Position numbers and translations under genes: made by a program
Notes under the pieces: generated by a model
What the model was told of the DNA's origin: nothing
What the model saw: only the letters and a program-made list of their open reading frames with translations
Databases searched by the model: none
Shown here: piece by piece, positions 1 to 12,800 of the stretch
How positions within the stretch are numbered: the stretch's first letter is position 1
How the letters are laid out: each line of letters begins with the position of its first letter
NCBI GenBank assembly: GCA_044892525.1
Contig: CM097885.1
Span: 32,986,001 to 33,050,000, forward strand
Source: Schmidtea polychroa
Lineage: Eukaryota
Length of the DNA stretch: 64,000 bases
Direction: 5' to 3'

Positions 1-1599
1 GCTTTTCCTAAATTGGATTATTTTCTCATTTACACTTGCAATCATTACAGAGACTGTCAAGCTCAGAAATTCTATTTCATTAATGGCATTAGTTAATTTA
101 TTAAATAACCTGTACTACCCAAGGCTTCTCATCAGTGCAAAACAATTACATTCGTACTTATCTTTTTATTTGCTATTTGATTTCTTGATTTAACACATTT
201 TTCTTTAAATTTTACAATTCCAATAGTTTTTTAGGATTTTGTTGTATTTTGATTTTTCATTGTTCTTAAATACTGGAGCACTTAATTTTTTATTTCTCAA
301 TGCTTTTTACATGTTTTGGCCTGGGATTCAAAATTGAATATTTCATACACTGTTTACATTTTTTAGACAATAATATTTTCATTGTTTCAGTTATTTAAAA
401 AAATATATAGAAATGATCACGACACCCTTACGGAACGACGAGCATGGCAGTCAGTATATTAATATTTTAATATGGACTTTCTAGAGTAAAAAAATAATTC
501 TTGTAAAAAATAAAACAAAATTTAGAAAGAAATACATTTAAAATTTATAATTTTTTAATTTTCTACCTCGGAATACATTAAAAAAATATTTCATGGAGTT
601 TTAATTCAATTATATTTTGGATATTTTATTAAAATAAGTTGTTTTGGAATCAAATATTTAGCGATAATATGTACCACTAAGTTTTATGTAAGAAACAAAA
701 TACGCCGCGTCCTAGAATATTTTAATGGATATGATTGATTAGAACTCAAAAAGGTCAGTAACATAGAATTGAAGGTAATAATAAAAACATCAAGTTATTG
801 AAAGTTATTTTTACCAAAATTTCGGTTAAATGTGCTGAATAGTTAAAAATTGTCAGAAACTCATGGGTGAAAATTCTTTTTCTCTGTCAAACCAAATTAT
901 ATTAATAGGTCTACGTTACTCTTCTCACAATAATGCTATAGAAAATGTCTTTACCAAAAAATCGTATAAAAAATGATATATATAACTTTTATTTGGTAAT
1001 TAATTTTTATACTTAATTTTGATCAATTTAGGTGATTATATTTCAATAATAAAATAAATGTTGAAATCAGAAGTAATCACCGATAATATTATTATTCCCA
1101 ATTCTGTAAGTATTGGTAGAGAATAATTTAAAAATAAAAATTATTATTTAACAATATAAAAATTAACAATATAGAACAAACCAAAATTTAAACAAAATCA
1201 ATTTTTGATTTTGCGAGAATTGAAATTATCCCATAAAACAAACTTTTATATATTGAACAAATTCGAATAATAAATAAAATAGATGTAATAATTATTCAAC
1301 AAAATTTATTCGATGAAATGTAAAGAGCGTGGAAAGAGTGAAAAGATTTTTTTATGTAGAAATTAAATAAATAAATTTACTTTTTCTACTGACTGTGATA
1401 AACGGCTTAAACAATGATAAAGAAAGAAAAATTGAAAAATTAAATATTTTATTAATGCCCACTATTTTTCCCCATTCGAAGCAATCAAAAAAATAAGTTA
1501 ACCCTTTCCACTCATCTTAATAAAATTCTTGCCAATTTTATTGTGCTTAATACTCATTATGGCAAGAATGTTTACCACATTCTTAAAAACTGTTTGTAG

Positions 1600-2562
1600 T
1601 AATCCTCATGGCAAGAACACCAATCATTATTGAAAGTGTCTATATGTATACATCGCTTATTCAGCAGCCTACACGTAGAATGTAAACGTGAATGGAAAGG
1701 AATAATGCAAAAACGCAAATAGAGGAAAATTAATTTTGAATACGATGTATAATTTTCTTCAAGAGTTTATTGTGTTAAACCTTTACAATGTGAATGGCCA
1801 CATGGTTTAAGTAGAATATCTTATATATTAAAGCATGCCTTGAACAGGAGGAAGGCAATTGTTTTTCCATTTCAATTTCGACAATCAATAGAGCGTTAAA
1901 AATATTTAAAAATAACTATGAAATTGTTTCATCGAGAATTGGATAGAGTCAATATGCCAGAAAAAATCTCGGCGCGAAAAGAATATGCTCTCTAGTTCAA
2001 TAACTATTTCAATAATGAAATGTCCAATGCAATATTTATTGATGAGTTTTCATTCAATTTGCATCTTAAAAGATCTTACTCAAAATCTAAACAAGGAACT
2101 CGCAGCAATGTAAAAATTTCAACTATTCTGGGACGTTCAATTTTCTCTAATTGCGAGTATGTTCCTTAGTGGGATGTTATATTGTAAAACAATCTCTCAT
2201 TCCGATGTCAATGCAGATATTTTCTCTTGCTATATTAATGAGCTAAGCATTCATCTAAGAAATGTGTAAAGAAAAATGTGTAAGAAAATGTATGCTTAAC
2301 TTTAGATAATGCAAGAGTGCATAAACGAGCAGACATTCATAGAATTACATCAGGATTTAATTATAATTTTAAATTTCTTGCGCCTTATTCTGAATCCTAT
2401 CGAAAATGCGTTTTCAAAAATCAAAAATGGGATTCGTTCTAGATTGTCATTAGGTGCCACTGGTAATTTATCTGAATTAATGTTACTAGAAGTTGATAAC
2501 GTTACAGAAAATGATTGTGCAGGATATTTTAGGCATATAATTCGAAATTTCATTAACTGTGG
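1600..2562 (+). mobile_element. Degraded IS630/Tc1-like DDE transposase remnant
   Basis: Manual translation across stops and frameshifts gives SISISTINRALKYLKIT..., AIFIDEFSFNLHLKR (first D), LTLDNARVH (second D), and LAPYS / LNPIENAFSKIKN (E). It ends abruptly at YFRHIIRNFINC (~2560). The 5' boundary is approximate. Confidence 0.85.
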
Positions 2563-2634
2563 CTGTTTCGACCAGTCAGAAGAGGAATGTCACTCACCTC
2601 TGACTGGTAGTTTGTTTGACTTTTCCTTTTGTTT

Positions 2635-2693
2635 CGCGTCTGTGTGCGTGGTATAAATTGATCGAATATTGTTGGGGTGCGCACACAGACGCG
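2635..2693. promoter_or_regulatory. GC-rich inverted repeat CGCGTCTGTGTGCG-N31-CGCACACAGACGCG, putative leader/regulatory motif
   Basis: Perfect 14-bp arms at 2635-2648 and 2680-2693. The same motif occurs three times at 61438-61664. The regulatory role is inferred only. Confidence 0.5.
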
Positions 2694-2857
2694 GGAAGTA
2701 GGTCTATTCTTTCACGATTTGTAATTTTTATGTTAGTTTTTTGTAGTAGATTTGTTTTGCTGCATAAAAGGTTTTTTCGAAATTTCTGGAATTGTGAATG
2801 CTTTGTAATTATAATTGTTTATCTGTTTATCGAAACCGGAACGTTGACAATAATTAA

Positions 2858-2986
2858 ATGAATCCAGAGTATGACTATTTATTCAAGCTTCTATTAATTT
2901 GAGATTCTGGTGTTGGAAAATCTTGTTTATTACTCAGATTGGCAGATGACACTTATACTGAAAGTTACATAAGCACAATTGGTGTT
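2858..2986 (+). pseudogene. RAB1: Rab1 N-terminal fragment with a premature stop in the P-loop
   Basis: ATG at 2858 reads [42 protein letters not shown], nearly the canonical Rab1 N-terminus. TGA at 2900-2902 replaces Gly of GDSGVGKS. Similarity stops before DFKIRT/WDTAGQE. Confidence 0.93.
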
Positions 2987-3115
2987 TTCTTTGTTCAAAA
3001 GATTTACCAAAACATTATTCTAAATGGTAAAATGAAGCGTTTCAGATTTAACGATAAACATAAAATTTGGATTGGGAAGATACTCATTGCTAGGAAAATT
3101 AGTTGTGTGGTGCAT

Positions 3116-3556
3116 ATTGTTGCAAAAAGAGAAGTTCCAGATAAAATGAGTGAGAAGAGTTCAGCTACAAGATTGTTTAATATCACTGAAAGTACTGGAG
3201 GTGTTATGACTGGTATGGTCCCTGATTGTCGATCTCAAGTATGTCGTGCACAAATGGAAGCAGCTCGATTTAAATATAAAATTGGATATGAAATGCCTTG
3301 TGATATAATATGTCGTTGTATTGTGGATATTAATCAGCTCTATACCCAGTCGGCTGAGATGCGACCATTAAGTTGTTCAATGATAGCATTATCTTATGAT
3401 GTTGAAATGGACAAACCGTTATTATTCAAAACTGATCCCAGTGACTTTGTAGCTGGACATCGAGCTGTTGCAGTTGGTGGAAAGCAATTGGAGGTTGAAA
3501 CTTATTCTGAAAAATACTCAAAGACAATTTTTGATATGGATTTTAATAAAATTGTT
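3116..3556 (+). pseudogene. PSMA6: Proteasome alpha subunit type-6 internal fragment, in frame with the Rab1 fragment
   Basis: [10 protein letters not shown]...[44 protein letters not shown]...[15 protein letters not shown]...KTDPS...AVGGKQ follows PSMA6 (VPDK...[23 protein letters not shown]...YTQNAEMRPLGC...KCDP). The N-terminal alpha signature (ITIFSPEGRLYQVEYA) and the C-terminus are missing. Confidence 0.9.
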
Positions 3557-3685
3557 GTCATCTTTATTAAATTTAATCATGGTTCTGATCTGATGTTCGT
3601 CAAGTTTAAGCAGTGGCGGAATTACTTTATATTCATCAATAAATATTTTTGTTGTTATTCTTTTATAAATTTTGTTTCTGATTAC

Positions 3686-3749
3686 AATGTTGAAATTGAA
3701 TGATAAAATGTTGAAATTGACTGATAAAATGTTGAAATTGAATGATAAA
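3686..3749. repeat. Tandem ~21-bp repeat AATGTTGAAATTGAATGATAA x3
   Basis: Three adjacent copies read directly; they overlap the stop of ORF 2939-3703. Confidence 0.85.
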
Positions 3750-5502
3750 TATGACATTTGGGTCGCATGTTGTAAGTTGAACTTGTCCTAATGATGTATT
3801 TTTTTTGTATTTAAAATTTAGAGGTTGGATAAAATTTAATTTAAAGCGTCATACCGTTAATTTTAAGATTTAACTAAAATTTTTAAAAAATTTATATAGT
3901 AATTTGTAAATATTTGATTTTGTATTCTAAATTTAATTGTATTAAACTAATTTAGTTTTTGAGACAATTTATGGTTTTTAAAAAATTTGAAATTTACTTT
4001 ATTTTTTTAATTTGATGTTAAGCTTGGCAATAAAGTTACGATAGATTTTGTTATTTGTTTTAATTGATGTTTTGAATTTACAATAAATCTTTGGAAATTT
4101 GAATTATTTCAACTATCATGTCGCTTTATGAAGTGCTGTTACATTTTGCGAATGAATGTCTAACTACCAATGGAAATATATTAAATAGTAATAATAGTAT
4201 TTTCTATAAATTATAAATGAAATCAGAATTAGGCACAATTTTCGCATTAATTTACCAAGTTGAACTCTCAACCTAACCAGGAGATGAAATCAGTTGAAAT
4301 TGCCTAAAATATTAAAGAAAACAGTCACCACTCTTAACATATAAATTACTGTCTGTAGTAACATAAATACTCTACTCGTTGAAATGGAATTTTTGCGTAT
4401 TTCCAAGTACAGAAAGCTATAATTTATAAAACTTTGGAAAAACCTTTTATTTACCATCGTGAAAGTATATGGCGTTCTAAAACTGTTGGGAAACCTGAAG
4501 TCAAGATTAAATCAAGAGCAAAGTACGACCGGATAATTAACAAGATCGTATAATTATGTAATAAATCTACGCATATTAATTTTATGGACTAAACCTTACA
4601 TATTACATTTTGTCTAAGGCTTTAAAACAGATTATTTTTATCAATGAGATAAAATGATTTGAAAATTAAACTCTGGAAAGAAAAAGAATATTTAAATTAT
4701 TTATACTGATAATCAAATAAATATTATAAAATAAAATTTTAAATTTTCCTTTCACGATTAAAAAGAAATTCAATTTAAACTAATTAATGATTAAATTAAA
4801 ACAAAATATATTCGTGACACTGTCAAACTGATTCGATTTAATTGTAAAATTATGCAAACTTTCCCGATTTTATGACTTGGAAAGTTTATTTTACCAAAAT
4901 TACTAACAAAATCTAATTCTTTTAAGGTTGTTTAAAGAAATAAAATTTCCTTATAAAGAAACAAAATAATTTTGCGAATACTCATTATTTATTTCATAAT
5001 GATTATGAATTCATTTTTCAAAATTTCTCTTTTCTAAATTTCTTAAAAATAATATTAATTTTTGAATGAAATTACTTGGAAATTAAATTTATTTAATATA
5101 TATTTTTCAAAACATTTACATTGGTATAACAACAATCACAGTACCACCGAAATAAACAGGACTATTAGAACATATTTTTGTCAGTCACATTAACCTGGCA
5201 AGTTTATTTTTTTTAAATCTGTCAGAAAAATCGACTTGACATCGACTGTGTTTAAAAATGCATTGTCAGACACAAATCTTAAAAATCTTAAATATTGTTG
5301 TCGTCGGAAAACCAAAACACTGTCAGTCATTTTTACTGGTATGGAGTTTTAAAGAGTACATGAAAATTATAAATAATTAAATTGTTTTAATAAAAATGAC
5401 ATTTCAATCACAAAAAATTGTTAATACTTCATATACATATAATATACAATTTGGCATGCAATTTACTAGAATAATGATACAATATGTAATTTTTATTTCA
5501 TT

Positions 5503-5735
5503 GTCTTACATTTTTTAAAGCAAATTTGTTGATAATGTCATCATATTTTAGATTTTTGATTATTTCGAATTCGATTTAAAAATTGCTAAGGAATTAAATC
5601 CTTCTTGATGAATGCTAAATTTCAAATAACTTTTTATTATTTTCAATCTTGGAAAAGATCGTTTTGCAGATGTGAAGGTAATTGGTAAAGTTAATATAAT
5701 TTTCAGAAAAGTAACAAAATTTGGATACAATTCTA
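5503..5735 (-). mobile_element. hAT (ZMYM1/Tip100-like) C-terminal dimerisation-domain remnant
   Basis: Minus strand reads LYPNFVTFLKIILTLPITFTSAKRSFPRLKIIKSYLKFSIHQEGFNSLAI...YDDIINKFALKK, matching the LP.TS.S.ERSFS.LK.IK.YLR hAT motif. Confidence 0.8.
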
Positions 5736-5779
5736 ATAAATTCTAAATAAATATTGTAATATTTGTTGTAAGGAATTAC

Positions 5780-5940
5780 AAAACTCCAATTTATCTTGTA
5801 TTAACAGATCCAAGAAAGCAAGTGATGATTTTTTCTCTATTTCACATATGAATACTATGATTTTATGTAGACTATTCATATAATGCAAAAACGGATCAAC
5901 ATGCCTCTGATTTTCAAATATAAGAAAAATATCATCCAAT
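5780..5940 (-). mobile_element. Penelope-like reverse transcriptase fragment
   Basis: DDIFLIFENQRHVDPFLHYMNSLHKIIVFICEIEKKSSLAFLDLLI matches PLE RT YVDD...F..E.E...L.FLD. A hammerhead motif lies ~70 bp away. Confidence 0.8.
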
Positions 5941-6006
5941 TTTTTATATAATTAATAAAATTAATAAATTTGTTTAAAATCCTTAATTTATATAGTTATT
6001 ATATCC

Positions 6007-6045
6007 CACCTGATGATGACAGGAAAACTGTCGAAATATATCGTG
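6007..6045 (+). ncRNA. Minimal type I hammerhead ribozyme motif (Penelope-associated)
   Basis: CAC-CTGATGA-T-GACAG(gaaaa)CTGTC-GAAA-TATA-TC-GTG: intact core boxes, 5-bp stem II, palindromic mini stem III, 3-bp stem I. Confidence 0.75.
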
Positions 6046-6199
6046 AAAAGAATGTTTATTAATTATTAACAATAGTCACATCAATATTATTAACAGAAAA
6101 AATTTATTTACAAAATAACAAATTTTATAATTCAAATTTACATTAATTAGTTTTATTTACATCAAATTTACATTGATCTGTACTGTTTTAGTTGGTACT

Positions 6200-6830
6200 T
6201 TAGAATAGCTTGCAACCCGTAATTCTTTTTCAACTACCAGCCATGCTCGATATTTGTATTTCATTGCAGCTAATGCAGAAAATCCCGTTTCGCATAAATA
6301 CAAGGTTGAGAATGGCAGCAGTACTTGCATTGCTTTGAGAGATAAACTACTGTACTCCCCACATTGATTCAACTAAAATTGAATGAGAGGTTCGTCATGA
6401 AATGTTTGCTTCAGAGAAGTATCACATGACAAATCTATCAATTTTCTTATTTAATTGTTGTTAATTTATATTCGTCATCTATTTCTTCATTAAATGGGTT
6501 CTCTTTCCCATGCAAACTTTGAAAATAAAAATCTTCAAAATAATTGAAAAAGAGTTATAATAAATCGTCCTATTTCTCAATGAACACGTTTTAGGTTATT
6601 TCAACATTAATCCTAAAACAGAAATAATTTAACAATGAAAACATGTCGAATTTATTCTTTTGCAAATTTGACATCCATAGCTCAAATATTTTTACAAAAG
6701 CTTTTATTTTATCTCTTTGAATTAGTGAATGTATTTGAAGATTTCAACTGAATATGCAAATTTAACAATAAAAAAATCATTCCTAAACAAACTTGCATTT
6801 ACATTATTTTCTTCAAGAAAAAATTAATAT
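6200..6830 (-). mobile_element. Buster/Charlie-type hAT transposase 3' remnant
   Basis: EYSSLSLKAMQVLLPFSTLYLCETGFSALAAMKYKYRAWLVVEKELRVA (LLPF.TTYLCE.GFS motif), with upstream IKAFVKIFELW. Degraded. Confidence 0.85.
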
Positions 6831-9800
6831 CCAATTAAAAATTTTGTCCATAGTTTCAAAATTATTACTAATAATATTAGGATTAAATATTTATTCTTAA
6901 AAACTATAATAAAATTCATATTCTAAACTGCAACGATATCAGCTACTAGGCAATGACAACAATAACTATTAGTACAATTAAAGTGATATTTTATTTTGAT
7001 TTAGCAACTATTAACTATTAGCAACATTAAATGTCCGTAATTAATTTAAACTAGTAATTTTAATTTTTTAATTTTTTTAATTTATTTATTAGTGAATTAG
7101 CAGCCAACTAACGGTATTGTTTTTAAAAATAAAATATGTTTATAACAAAACCACTGCCTTAAAGCAAGCCAAAATATTATTTATTATATTTATAAAAAGT
7201 AAATTACAAATACGTAAAGCGTTTACCTATAATGCAGACATAACTAATAGATTGAACATTGAAATATTTGTGCAAAAACCTTTTGTTTGGGCAAAAGGCT
7301 CACTAATCTTCAATTCAGATGTATATTTGTAACTTAATTACTGTGCAAAAATGTATTATGCTTAGTTTTTCCATTATCATATTAAAGAAGCAATTAAATC
7401 AAATGATATCATTCAATTTATTTATTAAAATATTTCAGCAATTAAAAATTTTTTTTTAAATGTATTTTTATTAAAATTATTTTATTGTTTTAATTGAAGT
7501 ATATTATTATTTAGAGAATTTTAGAAATTCATGCTCAGTTTATTATTTATTTTTTGACTTTAATGTTAGTTAACCATTAGTATTAAACATCTGCGACCCT
7601 ATCAGGTAGAGTAGCTGGAATATTGACAAAAATGCCTATAAGCCACAGGGATTCCAAATAAGGGTATATTTATTTTTATAACTGTCTCAATTGACATTCA
7701 CCAATTTCATAGTGTTAATAACTTGGAAAAAAATTAATTAAAATAATTTAACAAAAATTCATTTAAAAATCTGAATGTCTACCTAGATTTGTGTCAATGT
7801 TTTATTTTCAAAGAGAATCTTTCAATAAAATTAATTATTTCAACATTCAATGGTTGTTTAGACAATAGTTTATCATTTTACCTATTCATCTGAGACTAAA
7901 TTTTATTTAAGAGATCAAACGAATAAAATAAAAAGCGCTATTTCATAATTATTTTATTCATATTTTGATAAACTTTAATCAAGTGTACCGTGAATTCATT
8001 ATTAAACTAAAAAATAGGGAAAAAAAGATTTTTTATTTTTGATAAATATTACTCATAAAAATAAATATTTTATGATAGGTTTTTCATTATTTCAGTTGAA
8101 ACAAAAAATATTTTCAATTAAGTTTTAATGTGTGTATGTAATATCATTAAATTTAAGGAATTGGAATGAATTCGATCTTTTGTCCTGGCTCAAATGGTCT
8201 TATTGCATTATAAACATAGGCTTTTAATCAAAGTTGTGTTATAATATGCCTCTGTTTTATTTCATTTTAAATTTTTCAAGAAATGTTTTGAACCATGAAT
8301 TTCAATCTTCGAATATAACATACTATGTTCGATGAATGATAAAATAGTTTTGAACTCATTTCGTAAAAATTTCTGTCTTAAATCCTTTTATAAAAGTAAA
8401 TTACAAAATAAGTATAATATAAATAAAATTATTAGTATTATTATTTATTATAAATATTATTAATTTTAGTTAACTTTAGTTAATAACTCTAAATCTGATT
8501 TGCAAACTTCACGTGCTCTCATTAACTCTTTGATCAAATTATCAATTTCCATTCTAAATTAGTTAGTTTATATATGACTTATGTCTGTTAATCATGTTTG
8601 GGAATTTTTTCTCTATTTTTCAATTTTACCATATACTTCTTTCAAATTATATATACATCGATTTTTACTATTTCAATTGTGTTTGTTTATAAACCATATG
8701 GTAGGATTTTATTCACAATTTGACTCTATATGTCATTATATAATACAAGACCTAAATACAATTAAGTTTTATTTTCAATAAAGTTACTTGTCATAATTCA
8801 AATTCACTTTATCAATTCAATCCTTTATAATTTGTTCATTTCAAAACACAATTATTGCTTTCTCCTATGGGAACGTATTCCTAAGGAAATCTACCACTAA
8901 CTTTATTCATAACAATTGTAAATTATTATTGGCAGTATTTTTTTGAATCACTCAATGTTCTTCCTAAATCGTCTCCTATGAATTTATTTTTCAATCACTA
9001 CTGTGACAAAAATCAAATTCATTTGTGAGGCGTATCAACTTGTTTTCCAATCTTTCATTTGAATAAACACAAAAAATGTGAATTGTTTTGCCACTGATTA
9101 ACCGGTTTCTATAATGTCTGTCAATATCCGGAGTTTTGTTTTCATTAATGCCATCAACAAATTTTTAATTAATAAATTTATTTCCAATTATATCATGGCA
9201 TTGCCAAATGAGCTTCTTAAAAATTTAAAATTACCACATTTATCTTTAACTTCTCATTTGTTACCCGCTCATGCATTTCTCCTGGAAAAATTGATTTTTA
9301 ATTTTGAATAAATTTTAGCACTTAATTTACATTTTAAATTTTAATCAATTTTACAGTAAGTACAGAAAATTATTTACAGAAATTTATTTACACACGTTTT
9401 GTGCATTTAAATTTTATTTGTACTAATTTATATAACCTTAACAATTTTGAATATTTATTTTTGTTTTTGATGATGAGTAATTAGTATTTTTATATTTACA
9501 ATCCCTAGGTACCTCCATTAAAACAAAAAAATATGTGATGTACAAATATGTTAATTTTTAGCGTGTAATTCCATTAATTAATTTTTTGTCATTTCAAATA
9601 ATATTTCTTATTTACCATTTTAATTCCATATTAATTTACATTTCATTATTAATTACACAATAAAGTCCATAACAGTTATCCAAATAATCGTAGGGCATGT
9701 ACTAAATATAATTAATTTATTAAAAATCACTTTGAAAAGCCTCTCAAAAATTTGCGAATATCAAAAAACATCGATATCTTTACTGATTCATAGTCAATGC

Positions 9801-12800
9801 GAATGTTTATTTCATTGCCCAATTTTTATGAACAAATCCTTGTATAAAATTGACTTAATCATGCAAAAATCAAAATATTCAAACACATTTGTTTGAGGCC
9901 AAATATTCTTTCTAGTTACATTTTTCAAGCTCTTATTCAATACAAAGAAATTTTGAAATAAAAAGAATCATATCAAACTCATTTTATTCTTCCAGACTTA
10001 TTGATAATGTCTCAATTATAATTAATTTAAATTTTCCCTAAGCTGTTATTTCTACTGAAATCACACTTTCACTGAAAGCTTTAGGTTCTTGTACTTTCTT
10101 ATAGATAGTTAATATTTTTTGAAATAATTTAAACTTAATTTCATTTTGTGAAATTATATATATTCTAAGTCAAGAACTTTCAATGTTCAACAAAAAAAAA
10201 CTATAGGAAATTTTTATTTATTTATATTATTATAATGAAATTTCGAAATAATATGTACTAATGAATTTCACTTTTATATATTTTATTAAGCATTGATAAT
10301 TAATTTTTTAATTATAATTATGTATTAAGAATTAATTTAAAGTCGTATAGAAAAGTAAATAATTTATAAACTATTGTTCGAACTTGATGTCATAAATTTA
10401 TTATGTAATAAATACATTTTTAGGAAACGCATGTAACATACAAGCAGCATTCATATATACAAACTCAATCATAAATACGGTAGACATGCATAAATTTAAT
10501 CATTCGTGTAAATTATAGAAAAAATATTTCCACATCAAGTTCAATATAGAAAACCACTTAATTTTTGAATTAATTATCTATAAAAAAAAGTTGATGCCAT
10601 TAAGCATCATAAAATACGCATACGTTACCATAGACAAAAACGTATGTACAGATAATTAAAATTATTTTTATATGATTTTCTATTATTTTCTAACAATGGA
10701 ATTATACATATTTTACATAAATTATTATTATTATTATTACTAATATCCAAATTTCAAATCTAAATGAAAACATTGTCAAAAAATTTAAGAAATCTAACTA
10801 AAAAGTAAAAATAAATAAATTATAATAAATAAAAATATTATAAATAAATATCAATATTATTAAGTACGAATCTTATAATTTGAAAAAATAATTAACCAAT
10901 TGAAATTACGCATTGAAATATTATCATGCTTTTAGACACACACAAATTATTAATTGGCACATCCTACTGAAAAATTAAAAACAAACCAGAAAAAACCAGA
11001 AAAAAACCTACAACTAAACACAAAGTTTATTTAGAAGCCTTGAAAATAAATTAGTTTTAAAAGCAGAATATATAATCTGGACTAAAACAATTATTTTGTT
11101 GTGCCAATTTTCAATAAGGTTAAAATAAGTTATATTTGAAAGAGGCGTAAATTCATTAGTAATTTTTCAAAAAAAAATTAGCTATAAAACTTGAGTGAAG
11201 AATATATTAGGATTCATATAAACCATATTAGATCCTAATCGTACTAAATTTTATGACATTTCATTAATAAATGAACATTATATTTAATCAGAAGATTATA
11301 TAAAGGTTCTGTGGGTCAGTGTTAACTTCAATATTTAATTTTCGGGCATGTGTATATTGAATTTGTTGGGCTTACGAATTGTCAAAGAAGTGCAATGCAG
11401 AAAGAAAATAATAAAAAATAAAAAAAATAATGGAATTAAATACGTTATATTGAGCTTCAATTGGAAGGATTTTGGCTAACTGTTGCATAATGTGACTGCT
11501 GTTGGGGTTTATTGAAAGTAGCACATAAGAAATTTGGATGTGCAAAGAAATTTAAATATGTATATCGATAAAATTCCCAAACTTATAAAAGATTAATTAA
11601 AAATTTACGTATTGCGGGGAATATGGGTTTGTATAGATATGAAATGATGAGACGAATACAGATATAAAACCAATAATGGGTCACAGAAAAAGATTCAAAA
11701 AAATAGAAATTAGTTAAAAAATAAATAAATTATTTATTCATTATGCAGGAACCTCTGGGAAACAAGAAAATAATGTAATTAGTCCTCCTTCTAAAATCAA
11801 TAAAGATGATTAGTTTTGAATTACCGAAACGAGATTTAGAGCAAAGCCGATAGGTGGTCGCCTACTTAAATGTTTTCAGCAAATTTTGGTTGCTGGTTAA
11901 TTCGATTATTTAATAGCAAAATTTACAATAGGAAAACCAGTATAAAGAGAAACGACACTGGTAGACTAACGCCAGCGGCACATTGAACAAAAATACCAAA
12001 GAGTAAAGGAGTTAAGCTGTTTTCAATTCAAATTTTTAAAAAGGAAAAATCATACCCAATCCCGTAGGGTTACCTACCTTATTGAATTTTTATAGAGAAG
12101 TGCAGATCGAATAAGAGTGTAATTGACAATATATTTTTTATTTTTTGACCATTAATAAATAACTCCGTGTTGGGTGTTATTTTACTAATCGATAAAAGAC
12201 CACAAATAGTAAGAGTCAGTACAGTCTTTAACCATAATAACCTAGCACTGTGCGGATTTGGCAAGTAACAATGAAAGCGCTATTTCTCTTTTCTTGAAGT
12301 TGACTTTAAAGAAAAATTATCAGACTGCTACCTTATTTCAGTTAGGTCATTTAGGAATTATTAGGATTTGTTCAAAGTTAGGAATGCATAATTAGTAATT
12401 CCTCATGGATTAGTTGGATTAGTTGACAACCGTATTTGTCATTTAAAAGATTGAGGGAAATATGGAAAGTTTATTCCTAAGCAAGAATATGAAGCTATTG
12501 TAATCTCAGTGTTATTTTTTGGATCATTCTGACCATCAAAGAAGACAGCCACTTCCTTATTTTCCGTCGATTTTGACGTTCCATAACAGTTCTTATATCA
12601 TCACAAATTCCTTCATAATGTGTCATTTTAATATTTTAATAAATTCATTCTTATTTTCAGTTAAAACTGCTTTAAGAACCTCGGGTTTTATATATCATTA
12701 TTCTCTGGTCAGTCCTTTAATTTGAAGATAATCCAGAGTGTAACTAGTTTCACAAATGACGGAATGTTTATGAAGTTTTATATTCAGTTTTTTAATACTA

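Noticed and set aside
115..140. Hammerhead motif on the minus strand (GCA-CTGATGA-GAAGC)
   Set aside because: No paired stem II or GAAA box follows; at most a truncated relic.
2939..3703. Intact 254-aa gene as listed in the ORF track
   Set aside because: It starts at a TTG after an in-frame stop within Rab1 homology. It is a chimera of truncated fragments.
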